IMG/VR virus record: IMGVR_UViG_3300033141_002688
Location: 5,302-69,301 of that record
Reading direction: 5' to 3' (one strand)
Source of the DNA: a virus
DNA length: 64,000 nucleotides
A program made the position numbers and the translations under genes. The notes below the pieces were generated by a model. That model was not told the origin of the DNA and searched no databases. It was given only the letters and a program-made list of their open reading frames with translations. This document shows positions 11,220 to 20,373 of the stretch, one piece after another; position 1 is the stretch's first letter, and each line of letters starts with the position of its first letter.

Positions 11220-11804
11220 ATGGCAATCAATTATCCAACATCATTAGACACATTTACTGATAAAACAGATAATGTAGATAATGTCCAAGCTGTTGATATG
11301 AATGATGTCCAAGACGCAGTAGAAGCTTTAGAAGCCAAAGTTGGTATAGATAGTTCTGCCGACACATCCAGTTTAGACTACAAAGTGAACAACTTTTTTG
11401 CTACAGGTAGAACTCTGTTATTGTATGAGGATAGTGCTCCAACAGGTTGGACAATACAGAACACGCTGGATGACAAGTTGGTATTTGTAACTAAAGGTAG
11501 TGCTGCTGGTGGGCAAACTGGTGGTACAGTTCATAGTAGTGGAACGTGGACACAGCCCAATCATAGCCATTCCCATAGCCATAAATGGTATGATTATGTA
11601 AGTGGTGCTAACCATAAAGATGGTGCTGGTAATAATATTTCAGTGAATACTGAAAACAGCGGTTCAACTGGAATTACAGGAGCAGGCGGTGCTGCTACTT
11701 ATGTAAATTTAGACTTATATACTGATACAGACACTACAGGAAGTGCGACCGCCAACACATGGCGTCCGGCAGCGTACTGCTGCATAATGGTAAAGAAGGA
11801 TTAG
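11220..11804 (+). CDS. Tail-associated structural protein (short fibre/collar-like)
   Basis: N-terminus YPTSLD...MNDVQDAVEALEAKVG typical of phage tail proteins; APTGW and H-x-H motifs of collar/fibre tips; GGAGG SD. Confidence 0.65.
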   Translation: MAINYPTSLDTFTDKTDNVDNVQAVDMNDVQDAVEALEAKVGIDSSADTSSLDYKVNNFFATGRTLLLYEDSAPTGWTIQNTLDDKLVFVTKGSAAGGQTGGTVHSSGTWTQPNHSHSHSHKWYDYVSGANHKDGAGNNISVNTENSGSTGITGAGGAATYVNLDLYTDTDTTGSATANTWRPAAYCCIMVKKD

Positions 11805-11808
11805 TGAA

Positions 11809-12165
11809 ATGGAAAATACATGCAACAAAGATTGTCATCTCTGGAAGAAGTACAAAGAAAAATGCCCTAATTATATCAAATCGGGGTGGAAGCCGGAGAA
11901 TAGCACTGAAATAAAGTACATAGAAGATTGTGCTCCAAAACGAACCATGTTAATGATTCAGGAGTTGTACAACCGCTTAATTGGGGTGGAAAAAGCTCAG
12001 GAAGAAATGAGAAACGAGGCTGCCTGGGTTCAGGTGGTAGCTGAAGTAATGGGTAGGAATTCTGGCATTGACTTGCAAGCTTTTGTGGAAGAGAGGCAAA
12101 GACGACTGAGGCTTTCCAATATGAAAGAGAAGCTATTGATAGGAGACAAACAAAATGAATCCTAA
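11809..12165 (+). CDS. Hypothetical Cys-containing protein in the tail module
   Basis: Intact ORF, C-x3-C-x9-C...C pattern, tightly packed in the operon. Confidence 0.55.
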   Translation: MENTCNKDCHLWKKYKEKCPNYIKSGWKPENSTEIKYIEDCAPKRTMLMIQELYNRLIGVEKAQEEMRNEAAWVQVVAEVMGRNSGIDLQAFVEERQRRLRLSNMKEKLLIGDKQNES

Positions 12166-12256
12166 AACAAAAGCTTGGATATGGGGAATAGTAGGAGCTG
12201 CTATAGCAGTGACTATTATGATATTGTCTATTCTGCCAAGTCTTTTCTGGTGTTAA
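12155..12256 (+). CDS. Small single-TM membrane peptide (33 aa), not in the ORF track
   Basis: MNPKTKAWIWGIVGAAIAVTIMILSILPSLFWC*, with AGGAG upstream; overlaps the previous stop. Confidence 0.55.
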   Translation: MNPKTKAWIWGIVGAAIAVTIMILSILPSLFWC

Positions 12257-12273
12257 CAATTAAGGAGGAGAAA

Positions 12274-12675
12274 ATGAAAATTAAAAATATGATTCTGGAT
12301 TTAATGGTAACAACTGATACACTACAGAGATTCTATGATACAAAACTTCCAATCAGGTATGCCTTTAAACTTAAAAGGCAGAGAACGAAACTTCAGGAAG
12401 TATTAAAAGATTTCTCAGAATCAAAAAAAGAATTGATAGAAAGATTCTGTGATAAAGATGAAGATGGTAATCCAATATCAAGTGGAGTTGGGTCTTATCA
12501 ATTCAACCAACACCCAGAGAATCTTCAGTTATTCAACGATGAGTTTGTAAAATTTCTTGGAGAAGAAACAGAAGTTGATTTTGAGAAAGTGGAAATTCCA
12601 GAAAATATGCTTGGGGATTCCTGGAGTGCAAATGATATTGAAATAATAGAAAATCTAATAAAATTAGGTGATTAA
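12274..12675 (+). CDS. Hypothetical phage protein (DUF1617-like, common next to tail fibre genes); true start likely 12274
   Basis: AAGGAGGAG SD before ATG 12274; KLPIRYAFKL...LIERFCDKDEDG pattern. Confidence 0.6.
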   Translation: MKIKNMILDLMVTTDTLQRFYDTKLPIRYAFKLKRQRTKLQEVLKDFSESKKELIERFCDKDEDGNPISSGVGSYQFNQHPENLQLFNDEFVKFLGEETEVDFEKVEIPENMLGDSWSANDIEIIENLIKLGD

Positions 12676-12677
12676 AC

Positions 12678-13568
12678 ATGAGCGTCTATGCGAGCGGATC
12701 GTGTAATCTTAGAGCCGGAAGTTCAAAAATAATAGGGAACAATACTGATTTTCTAACCAGAGTATCAGTGGGGAATCTATTTAAAGTAACATCTGAAAAT
12801 GTATTCTACACTGTGGCAGCCATAAATACAGCTACAAGAATGCAGTTGAGTTCTAGATATCAAAATACTTCCTATGAGACTGCCAAAACGGAAAATGTTG
12901 CAACTGCCAATTCAGCCACCAAGATATACTCTGGAACTGTAAGTAATACTCCAGTTATTCAGGACAGATTTGTATTAAATGCCAGTGTTGAGAAGTTTAC
13001 CGATGATGGTGGTGGTACTCTTAGTGGAGACCAAGGTGGTTCTGGAACTATTGGATATGATGATGGAAGTTGGTCAATTACTTTAGGTACTAATCTCACT
13101 GCTACTGTTACTGTTGAAGCTAGTTATTATTACGGTGAAAGTTTAAATGGTGTAAGTTATCAAGTTATCAAAGATTATACTCCAAATTACAGTTGGCCAG
13201 AACAAAATGCAGGAGACCTAAATCCAGAAGCTATTTTTACAAAGGCTCTTAGAAGTATTGATTCTGATTTATATGATTCAACTAAAAAGATCACTACCGT
13301 AGCTACAAGCTATACTGCTACCAGCACGGATTTCACCGTTGTGGCCAGTTTAATTTCCTCAAATATAAGAATAGTCTTACCTACAACTGGATTAAACAAT
13401 AGAGGTAAAACATTGCGTATTATAAACAATTCTGCTAGTTATAATGTAACAGCTACATGCAACGCTTCATCAGATTCTATAGAAGGAAATGTTTCTAGTA
13501 CACTTACATCCACTTATAGCTCAATGCAACTTCAATGTGTAGCTACAGGATTGTGGGTATTTTTGTAA
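12678..13568 (+). CDS. Tail/virion structural protein
   Basis: N-terminal YASGS...GSSKIIGNNTDF motif seen in tail proteins; S/T-rich; last gene of the + strand operon. Confidence 0.6.
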   Translation: MSVYASGSCNLRAGSSKIIGNNTDFLTRVSVGNLFKVTSENVFYTVAAINTATRMQLSSRYQNTSYETAKTENVATANSATKIYSGTVSNTPVIQDRFVLNASVEKFTDDGGGTLSGDQGGSGTIGYDDGSWSITLGTNLTATVTVEASYYYGESLNGVSYQVIKDYTPNYSWPEQNAGDLNPEAIFTKALRSIDSDLYDSTKKITTVATSYTATSTDFTVVASLISSNIRIVLPTTGLNNRGKTLRIINNSASYNVTATCNASSDSIEGNVSSTLTSTYSSMQLQCVATGLWVFL

Positions 13569-13578
13569 TATAAATTAA

Positions 13579-13602
13579 TGGTCGGAGGGTGAGGATTTGA
13601 AC
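13579..13602 (-). pseudogene. 3' fragment of a tRNA-Pro-like gene (T-loop, acceptor 3' strand, CCA)
   Basis: Minus strand reads GTTCAAATCCTCACCCTCCGACCA. Confidence 0.7.
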
Positions 13603-13651
13603 TTGTAATTCATCTTGTGTTAGAAAGAATATCTCTAAAGTCATCAGATGA

Positions 13652-14200
13652 CTATATAGATACTCCTAATTTAAGTACTCGATCTCTCCTTTTCTGTCCA
13701 ACATTTTTAGATGGTATATATAAAATCTTAATTCTTGAGTCTTTATTTCCTAGTTTTTCAAATCTTCGTATTGCATCACTTGTTCCCTTGCCATAATCAA
13801 ATGTGAAATCTATTATATATTTATCATTACAAAAATCAAAAGCAGTATTGTTTATTATCTCCTTCTTCAAAGAACCATATATTTTAGATAATTTATTACC
13901 AACTTCCTCTTCATAAGATTGGAACGATAATCTTGAAATATTAATTGCTTCTGGTGTTAAACGTGGAGTAAAACAATCACTACAAAGTTCCTTACCTGAT
14001 ATTCCCTTCTTTCCACAAAGTGAACATACTCTCTCTTCTCGTGCAATACCTTCTCCACCTAGAGAACTACTAATCTTTCTTTTAGTTTCAATAGTATGTT
14101 TCCTTCTTTTGTTATTATAAGTCGCTGCACAGGATTTTGAACAAAATTTATTTCCCTTTTTTATACCATTCTTGTTGCAATTAAGACACCTCATTCTCAT
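13652..14200 (-). mobile_element. Putative homing endonuclease (zinc finger + NUMOD3-like + PD-(D/E)xK-like domain) between tRNA fragments
   Basis: CxxC...FCSKSCA, HTIETKRKIS (NUMOD3-like), a second CxxC pair, and a C-terminal S.EE...FDF.....IIDF nuclease-like segment. Confidence 0.6.
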
Positions 14201-14202
14201 TT

Positions 14203-14224
14203 CCCCTGACTGAGCTACACTCCG
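14203..14224 (-). pseudogene. 5' fragment of a tRNA-Pro-like gene (acceptor 5' strand and D-arm start)
   Basis: Minus strand reads CGGAGTGTAGCTCAGTCAGGGG. Confidence 0.65.
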
Positions 14225-14706
14225 ACTAAATTCTCATATTTCTTAATCAATAAATTTAAATCATCATTCATTTTACTTAATTTATCTAAACTACTAGATT
14301 TCAAATCAATATTATTTCCTCTCAGAGTATTGCATAGAATCTGTAATCTATCCTGAATCTTGAATATCTCATCAAATATACTCGGAGTATCAAATTCTAT
14401 TCTTCTATAGTAGAATGTAAAATCCTCCGAGAAAATCTCAAATAGATATTTCTCCTTCATAGAGCTATCTCTGACAACTCCAACATAATTAATATCATCA
14501 TACGGTATTTCCTTATCAGCGGGAAAGAGCTGAAAATTCCTGATAGTATTTTCCATATAGGAACTGTCAAAAAGTATTACCATATCAATTTTGGCAGTTT
14601 CATTGTTATAATAGATATCTAGAATACTACAATTTGATGGTAAGTATACACTTGTACCGCTTACCAATAGTGCAGGGTCTAATTGGATTTTTGATATCTG
14701 TAACAT
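14215..14706 (-). CDS. Hypothetical protein
   Basis: Intact 163-aa ORF with AGGAG SD. Confidence 0.55.
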   Translation of the reverse strand: MLQISKIQLDPALLVSGTSVYLPSNCSILDIYYNNETAKIDMVILFDSSYMENTIRNFQLFPADKEIPYDDINYVGVVRDSSMKEKYLFEIFSEDFTFYYRRIEFDTPSIFDEIFKIQDRLQILCNTLRGNNIDLKSSSLDKLSKMNDDLNLLIKKYENLVGV

Positions 14707-14717
14707 CGTAATCTCCT

Positions 14718-15917
14718 TTAACTGTGATCAGTATATATTCCATGTTTATCTGGCTTTAAAATAGTTGGTTCATCTAAATAAATACTACTCTCCCTATTAA
14801 TCATTCCTTTACCTGGATGAAAATAAAATATCTTTTGACTTGGTAAATTTGTGAGTCCCATTTTATTTATACTTAAATCATCTCCACCAACCAACGACCC
14901 ATTTATAATTACTTGGTTTGATAAAGTAGAAGGATTATGGAAATGGGCCATCAATTCAAAATCAATTATCATATTATACAAACTATGTAATCTTCTAAAA
15001 TGTCTCTCAATTCCATAGAATGGAACTCCAGACCATCCCTTTACTGAATCTCCATGATTTAATAGGAAATTTTTCCTAGCATGTTTAACTATCATGGTTG
15101 GTGATTCTGATATATACATTTTAACATTTTGCTGTTTTTGAAGAGCCATCTTTAGTATCTTATAAAAGAAGTAATCCCAATTAGTTTTTGGATGATGTTG
15201 TCCTTTTTTACCAACTCTTCCATGATTACCAACTACTGCAAATATTTCAATTTCTGGAAAATGTTCTGCTAAAAATAGAATTATATTTGCTTCAGTTTCT
15301 AATGAAAAAAATATTTGATCCATTGCAAACGCATCTAATTGAAATTGTTGTCCAGGAAAAATGTTGCCTTCACCAGTCAATTGATCTCCCAATAGATTTA
15401 ATACCAACTTATTAAGAGCATGAGAATTTTTATCTTGCTCTCTAAATTTAACTATCAGCTCTGCCCATCTTTTAACTCTTTTTTCATAAGTTTCCATATT
15501 ATAGATATTTATTCCACCAATCCAACTCTTATCAACCTTCTCTCCAACATGAGCATCACTTCTAAGTGCAAAAAAATCTTGATCGTTTTTAGCCTTTTCT
15601 CTAACAGGAATTCTAGCTGGTGAAAAGGATATTTTTGTCATTGAAGACATACAATTTTCAATGAAAACTTGATTTAAATGACGTTGTTTATCTAATTGTT
15701 TTAGTAATCTCTCGTTCTGTTTAACTAAATACGATTTTTGATGGCTTTTTTCTCCACCCATAGCCAGAATTTTAAGTTCATTCCAACTTTTTCCATATTT
15801 GCTTTCCAAAGTTCTTCTTCCTGGTTTATTTGGAATTTTGAGTGAGTCATACTTTGCTGCTGATAATCCCTCACCATGACTTAATAAAATATTTTTAAAT
15901 CTCTCTAATTCATCCAT
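14718..15917 (-). CDS. Calcineurin-like metallophosphoesterase with N-terminal coiled/helical domain
   Basis: SDAHVG, LGD, GNHGR, HGD and AHFH motifs. Confidence 0.8.
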   Translation of the reverse strand: MDELERFKNILLSHGEGLSAAKYDSLKIPNKPGRRTLESKYGKSWNELKILAMGGEKSHQKSYLVKQNERLLKQLDKQRHLNQVFIENCMSSMTKISFSPARIPVREKAKNDQDFFALRSDAHVGEKVDKSWIGGINIYNMETYEKRVKRWAELIVKFREQDKNSHALNKLVLNLLGDQLTGEGNIFPGQQFQLDAFAMDQIFFSLETEANIILFLAEHFPEIEIFAVVGNHGRVGKKGQHHPKTNWDYFFYKILKMALQKQQNVKMYISESPTMIVKHARKNFLLNHGDSVKGWSGVPFYGIERHFRRLHSLYNMIIDFELMAHFHNPSTLSNQVIINGSLVGGDDLSINKMGLTNLPSQKIFYFHPGKGMINRESSIYLDEPTILKPDKHGIYTDHS

Positions 15918-15919
15918 AT

Positions 15920-16399
15920 TTAACTCCTTCGATTAATGTTTTTAATAACTTCATCAAATGAAACAGGATAATAATCCCAACAGTCAACGCCAACGTCCAA
16001 CTGATTTGGCAATGGAGTCAATCTTCCATGAACATGAGCATGAAGCTGAATACTTCCATGAAAAGATCTTGGCCACGATCTCATAGGATAATGACATACT
16101 ACAACGTAGCAATCATCAATCTTCTTTTGCCATAAATATTTTCCAGTTGACATCCAGTGATCATGGCATCCTCTTATAAAAATATGATTTCCATTTAACT
16201 GTTTAATAATTTCAGCAGTTTGTTGCTTAGTACCAAATGAGAAATCACCAGCATGAACTGTAATATCTTCCTTAAAAACTTTGCTATTAAATCGCTTTAT
16301 CAATTCAAAATGCATTTCTTCAATTGAACTAAATGGTCTATTACAATATTTAATTATATTTTCATGGAAAAAGTGTTGATCCCCAGAAAAGAACCACAT
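15920..16399 (-). CDS. Small calcineurin-like phosphoesterase
   Basis: GDQHFFHENII..CNRPF, GDF, GCHD, CHYP, HAHVH, DVGVD. Confidence 0.85.
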   Translation of the reverse strand: MWFFSGDQHFFHENIIKYCNRPFSSIEEMHFELIKRFNSKVFKEDITVHAGDFSFGTKQQTAEIIKQLNGNHIFIRGCHDHWMSTGKYLWQKKIDDCYVVVCHYPMRSWPRSFHGSIQLHAHVHGRLTPLPNQLDVGVDCWDYYPVSFDEVIKNINRRS

Positions 16400-16603
16400 T
16401 TATTCATCATCTCCGATTTGTATTTTCTCTACCACATCTGGTGGAAAACTAATAGCAAGTAAAAAACGTTTAAAGATATCTACCAACTCATATACATCAA
16501 TATCTTCATATATTTGCATTTCAATTTTTTCTACCAAATCAGATTCTCTATATATCTGGTCTTTTCCTTCTTTCTCATTCGGCTCTCTTATAAAATAAAT
16601 CAT
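16400..16603 (-). CDS. Hypothetical protein
   Basis: Short acidic ORF with GGAG SD, abutting its neighbours. Confidence 0.5.
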   Translation of the reverse strand: MIYFIREPNEKEGKDQIYRESDLVEKIEMQIYEDIDVYELVDIFKRFLLAISFPPDVVEKIQIGDDE

Positions 16604-16616
16604 ACTATTCTCCTCT

Positions 16617-17473
16617 TCATAAATATTTCATTAAGATATTGGCTATTTGACTACCTACATTATAAATTTTCTTCAATTCTTTCTTATCCATACCTTTCAT
16701 CTCATCACCAAAATCTTTCAAAAAATCTCCCTTTGCATCTTCTAATATCAATTTTATATATTTTCCTATCTCTTTTGGCTCTTGAATTATACCTTCTTTT
16801 GAGAATATATTCTGAACTCTCTGCTCGGTAATATAACTCCTGAATTCAGTATTTAACCTGACTATATTTGAATCTTCAGCTTGTTTTGGTTTTTTGGGTT
16901 CTCTAGACTTTTCCTTGAACTTTTCATTCTTCTTTTTTAAATAAAATATTTGCCCAACCTTATTATAGAATACTTTATCAAATGGTTTGATAACTATCCC
17001 CTCACAAATGTTATCTGGATATTCCAATGGATTCACAATCTCAGATGGTCTTTCTGTATTGAAGTTTAATGCTTCTCCAAGAGAATTAACAACTGCAAAT
17101 AATGGAACTACTTGATTGAAATGTTTTCTACCAAACTCAAAAAACGCATCCTGAGTTAGAAATTCATCATTTACAGCCATATCAAAGAAACTTATATTTC
17201 TCTCTTCACCATAGTAGACTCCTTTCTGAATCTTAGGGCCATATAATTCACCAAAAAGTCTAATTATTCTTTTATTTGGATAAGAGTTAATGAAATGTTG
17301 TAAAAACGAGATCGTATCTCCAATTTTATCCAATACTTCCCATACTCCAAAGAACTCTTCACCATCCGAAAGAATCCTATTTCTGGAACACACCTTTAAT
17401 TTTTTATCTGGCTCAAAGACTAATTGAATATTAGACCCATGAATTTTTTCAGTTCAGGATATTTTTTTAACAT
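16617..17473 (-). CDS. rnl2: RNA ligase 2 (T4 Rnl2 family); N-terminus frameshifted/deleted near 17455
   Basis: In frame upstream of the called ORF: TEKIHGSNIQL (motif I). Also GELYG..IQKGVYY, FFD, CEGIVIKP, KKKNEKFKE. MLKKYPE start is in another frame. Confidence 0.8.
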
Positions 17474-17923
17474 TTAATCCCACCACTCTTCAACATTCTT
17501 CTTCAACAAATCAAATAAATTATTTATATCATCATTTCTCAGTTTATACTCTTCTTTAAGAATATTGAAAAATTCATACCGTTCTTCTTCTCTATCTTTT
17601 TCAGTTAGAACATTCTTTCTGTCTATTTCAAGATTACCGTCATCTAGATTAAGCCTGATCTCTCCCCACTTCTCATCATGTTTTTTATAAGATTCACTGG
17701 CGTAGTCATCTTCAATTAATCTGTCTAATATATCAATACATTTACTAATATTATTCTTTATATTTTCAGAATCAGCAGCCAAACTATCAGTTTCAAAATA
17801 CTTTTTCATCTTATATAATTTGAATCTTAAAATTTTATAGAAGAAAAAATGATCCCAATCTCTATCTTTCCAAATAATAGGAATCCAAGATATAATATTT
17901 TTAATTCCCTGAACAATCTTCAT
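17474..17923 (-). CDS. Conserved phage hypothetical protein (W.DRDWD...WWD type)
   Basis: IWKDRDWDHFF...EEWWD pattern common in phage genomes. Confidence 0.6.
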   Translation of the reverse strand: MKIVQGIKNIISWIPIIWKDRDWDHFFFYKILRFKLYKMKKYFETDSLAADSENIKNNISKCIDILDRLIEDDYASESYKKHDEKWGEIRLNLDDGNLEIDRKNVLTEKDREEERYEFFNILKEEYKLRNDDINNLFDLLKKNVEEWWD

Positions 17924-18188
17924 TTACACCACATTCCTTTACTTGGTCCCATAATAAACTCATAGGAAGCCCTATCTCATCAGCAGTTAATTTTATTTTA
18001 GTCTTCACATCTATCCATTCCCGTTCTCTATTTAAATCCCAATCTCCTTTTTCTAAAAAAGCACAATAGCCATTGTATTGTTCTGGAAAATCTGAATTTA
18101 TACTCCAGTAAGGACATATACCATTTTTATCATAACAATAAGAACCATATGGTATTTTTGATCTATCTTTAATTTCTTCCATCTTCAA
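17901..18188 (-). CDS. Hypothetical Cys-rich protein
   Basis: IP.G.YCY...CPYW...GYC..L...LLWDQVKECG pattern. Confidence 0.55.
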   Translation of the reverse strand: MKMEEIKDRSKIPYGSYCYDKNGICPYWSINSDFPEQYNGYCAFLEKGDWDLNREREWIDVKTKIKLTADEIGLPMSLLWDQVKECGVNEDCSGN

Positions 18189-18283
18189 TATAACCTTTGC
18201 CTTTACATTTGGGACAAGTTATCTTAATCCTTCTTGTAACATCTGGATCTACCCAATCATAAAATATCTTACCTTCTGGATCA

Positions 18284-18634
18284 TCAATTAGTTTTTTTCC
18301 CCCGCACACCGGACATACTATCTTTTTCATCTGATTCCTCTTCTGGAATTGTAATTATTAGTTGATTAGTATAAAGATTTATTCTAGGTCCTATTGTATC
18401 AGTTGATATTTTGGAGACCACAGATTGTGGTGCATACTTATTAACTAAATATTCAATACCAGCTTGATACTCAACGGATAATTCTACATATTTATTGAAC
18501 CACTTTTCCCTTTCTTCCATAGAAATGTAGGGATTTAATAATACCTTATCCAAAGCACGCAACTCAAAATCTATCATAACAATTTTACCAGTTTCTTCTG
18601 GATCAATTTGATATTTTAATGTTTCAATTTTCAT
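18284..18634 (-). CDS. Hypothetical protein
   Basis: Intact ORF overlapping its neighbours in the operon. Confidence 0.5.
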   Translation of the reverse strand: MKIETLKYQIDPEETGKIVMIDFELRALDKVLLNPYISMEEREKWFNKYVELSVEYQAGIEYLVNKYAPQSVVSKISTDTIGPRINLYTNQLIITIPEEESDEKDSMSGVRGKKTN

Positions 18635-18813
18635 TTTTTCTCATAAAATGGACAATTATTATCCTTATTTTGAGATTCAGGAGTCCACTTTCTAACTCCA
18701 TGTTTACTCCAATAGGTCTCTTTCCAATTATCTGGATGCTTGCATTCCTCCCAAAATGTTAAAAAATCTTTATAAAAATACTTACACTCTGAACAATATA
18801 CTTTATTCATCAT
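18631..18813 (-). CDS. Small Cys-rich hypothetical protein
   Basis: CxxC...C...C pattern; SD upstream. Confidence 0.5.
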   Translation of the reverse strand: MMNKVYCSECKYFYKDFLTFWEECKHPDNWKETYWSKHGVRKWTPESQNKDNNCPFYEKK

Positions 18814-18941
18814 CCTCTCCTACATATCCTGTGCCAAAACAATTCTGGCACGGTTCAGTATCATCTTCAAAAATGTCGGATAATCCCAATTTTTCAAAAA
18901 GTTTCCTTTTTTCTTCTGAAATTGGTACAACCATAGCTCCA

Positions 18942-19472
18942 TTACACACTGGACAGACTCTCTTCGTCCCCATATACCCTCACTTTCAAATTTGATTTTT
19001 CTAATAACCATCTGCTTAATTCATCATAAAATTTATATTCAATAACAGTCACAGTTTTAATTCCAGCATTTATTATAGCAGCCATGCAATCTTTACATGG
19101 TATTGGACAACTTAAATACATATCACATCCTTTAGTAATAACTCCTTCTCTCGCTGCATTTATCAAGCAGTTAACTTCTGCATGAACAGCGGGGCACAAA
19201 TGTAAACCTTCTCCCGACTTATATCCTAGTACTTGACGTGGACATTTACCACTATAAAATTCTCTTCTTCTTTTTGATACAAAATCATGTACATATGGAT
19301 AATCATATAATCTAGTATCACAATGTGGTATTCCTCTTGGTGGCCCATTATATCCAGTAGCTAAAATACTTTTATCTCTCACTAAAATAGCACCTATTTT
19401 TCTAGAAAAACAAGAGGAATTTTCTGCTACAGTTTTAACCACGCTTAAATAGTATTCATCCCATTTATTCAT
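18942..19472 (-). CDS. dCMP deaminase
   Basis: GYNGPPRG, HAEVN and PCKDC zinc-deaminase motifs. Confidence 0.92.
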   Translation of the reverse strand: MNKWDEYYLSVVKTVAENSSCFSRKIGAILVRDKSILATGYNGPPRGIPHCDTRLYDYPYVHDFVSKRRREFYSGKCPRQVLGYKSGEGLHLCPAVHAEVNCLINAAREGVITKGCDMYLSCPIPCKDCMAAIINAGIKTVTVIEYKFYDELSRWLLEKSNLKVRVYGDEESLSSV

Positions 19473-19678
19473 TTCGTAAGTTCTCCAATAATCTTCTTGG
19501 TCAAGACTAATGCTCCATCATCTCTTTTGTGTAATACTCTATTGCCCTTTTTTAACTCAGCTTTATCAATGTCATAATAATCAAATCTATATCTACATTT
19601 GCCATTAACATATCCTTCGTTTACTGCATAGATATGACCAATGAGACATCCATTTATTTTTATTTCCACAGTCATCAT
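19469..19678 (-). CDS. Hypothetical protein
   Basis: Intact ORF, overlapping stop/start. Confidence 0.5.
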   Translation of the reverse strand: MMTVEIKINGCLIGHIYAVNEGYVNGKCRYRFDYYDIDKAELKKGNRVLHKRDDGALVLTKKIIGELTK

Positions 19679-19690
19679 AATTCTAATTCC

Positions 19691-19766
19691 TGGAGCGGGA
19701 GACAGAGATCGAATCTGTATCTTTCAGTCTGGTGAACTGAGGCTCTACCATTTGAGCTACTCCCGC
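19691..19766 (-). tRNA. tRNA-Gly with ACC anticodon (atypical C33 and A53-U61)
   Basis: GCGGGAG TA GCTC AAATGGTA GAGC C TCAGT TCACCAG ACTGA AAGAT ACAGA TTCGATC TCTGT CTCCCGC T CCA: full cloverleaf, Gly identity elements G1-C72, C2-G71, U73. Confidence 0.85.
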
Positions 19767-19857
19767 TTCGTAATATTCTTTTACCTATTACAAAATCTGG
19801 TGGTGGAATTATCCTTCTGACTTTCTTATAAGGATCTTCAACCATTAGATTTACCTC

Positions 19858-20085
19858 CTAAAATTTTAATCTATTACCATCTTTATCTTCTATGGCGTAG
19901 TCATATTCATTAGTAACAAACTTCTTTAGTGTATCACTCAGATTATCAGCACTATAAAATCCTTTTTTTGAATACCTTCTATCTATTTCTTTTTTTATTT
20001 CGTCAGACATCTCTTTTATACTTTTATTATGAAAATCAAGTTCCAGTTCCTGCATTATCTGTACTAATTCTGCCCTACTTGCCAT
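19858..20085 (-). CDS. Hypothetical protein
   Basis: AGGAG SD, intact ORF. Confidence 0.5.
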   Translation of the reverse strand: MASRAELVQIMQELELDFHNKSIKEMSDEIKKEIDRRYSKKGFYSADNLSDTLKKFVTNEYDYAIEDKDGNRLKF

Positions 20086-20094
20086 TTGATACTC

Positions 20095-20373
20095 CTATAT
20101 TGTTATTACATATGCTCCGTATAATGCTATAAAATAGTCTATTTTTGGATGCTCAATTCGTTTTCTTAAGATTAAACCTTTAATTATTCTAATATCCTCT
20201 TCAGAATGAGCGTGGTAAGAGTAAACCTGTGAATCACTCATATAAGTTACTGTAAAAAATTCTCTCTTGCCAATTTTTACTGGCCAAATTGTAACTCTCC
20301 TTCCTTCTCTTAAAATATTGCGTAAAGATTTACTTTTTTTCATCAAACACTGCAAATCTTCCAATTGCTTCAT
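20095..20373 (-). CDS. Small LRxKLE-motif protein (family B)
   Basis: IIKGLILRKRIEH. Confidence 0.6.
   Translation of the reverse strand: MKQLEDLQCLMKKSKSLRNILREGRRVTIWPVKIGKREFFTVTYMSDSQVYSYHAHSEEDIRIIKGLILRKRIEHPKIDYFIALYGAYVITI

Noticed and set aside
19718-19742. Reading the tRNA as a UCA opal suppressor or tRNA-Sec, implying an alternative genetic code
   Set aside because: Stem geometry centres ACC, not TCA; there is no long variable arm; long genes are intact in the standard code with all three stops in use.
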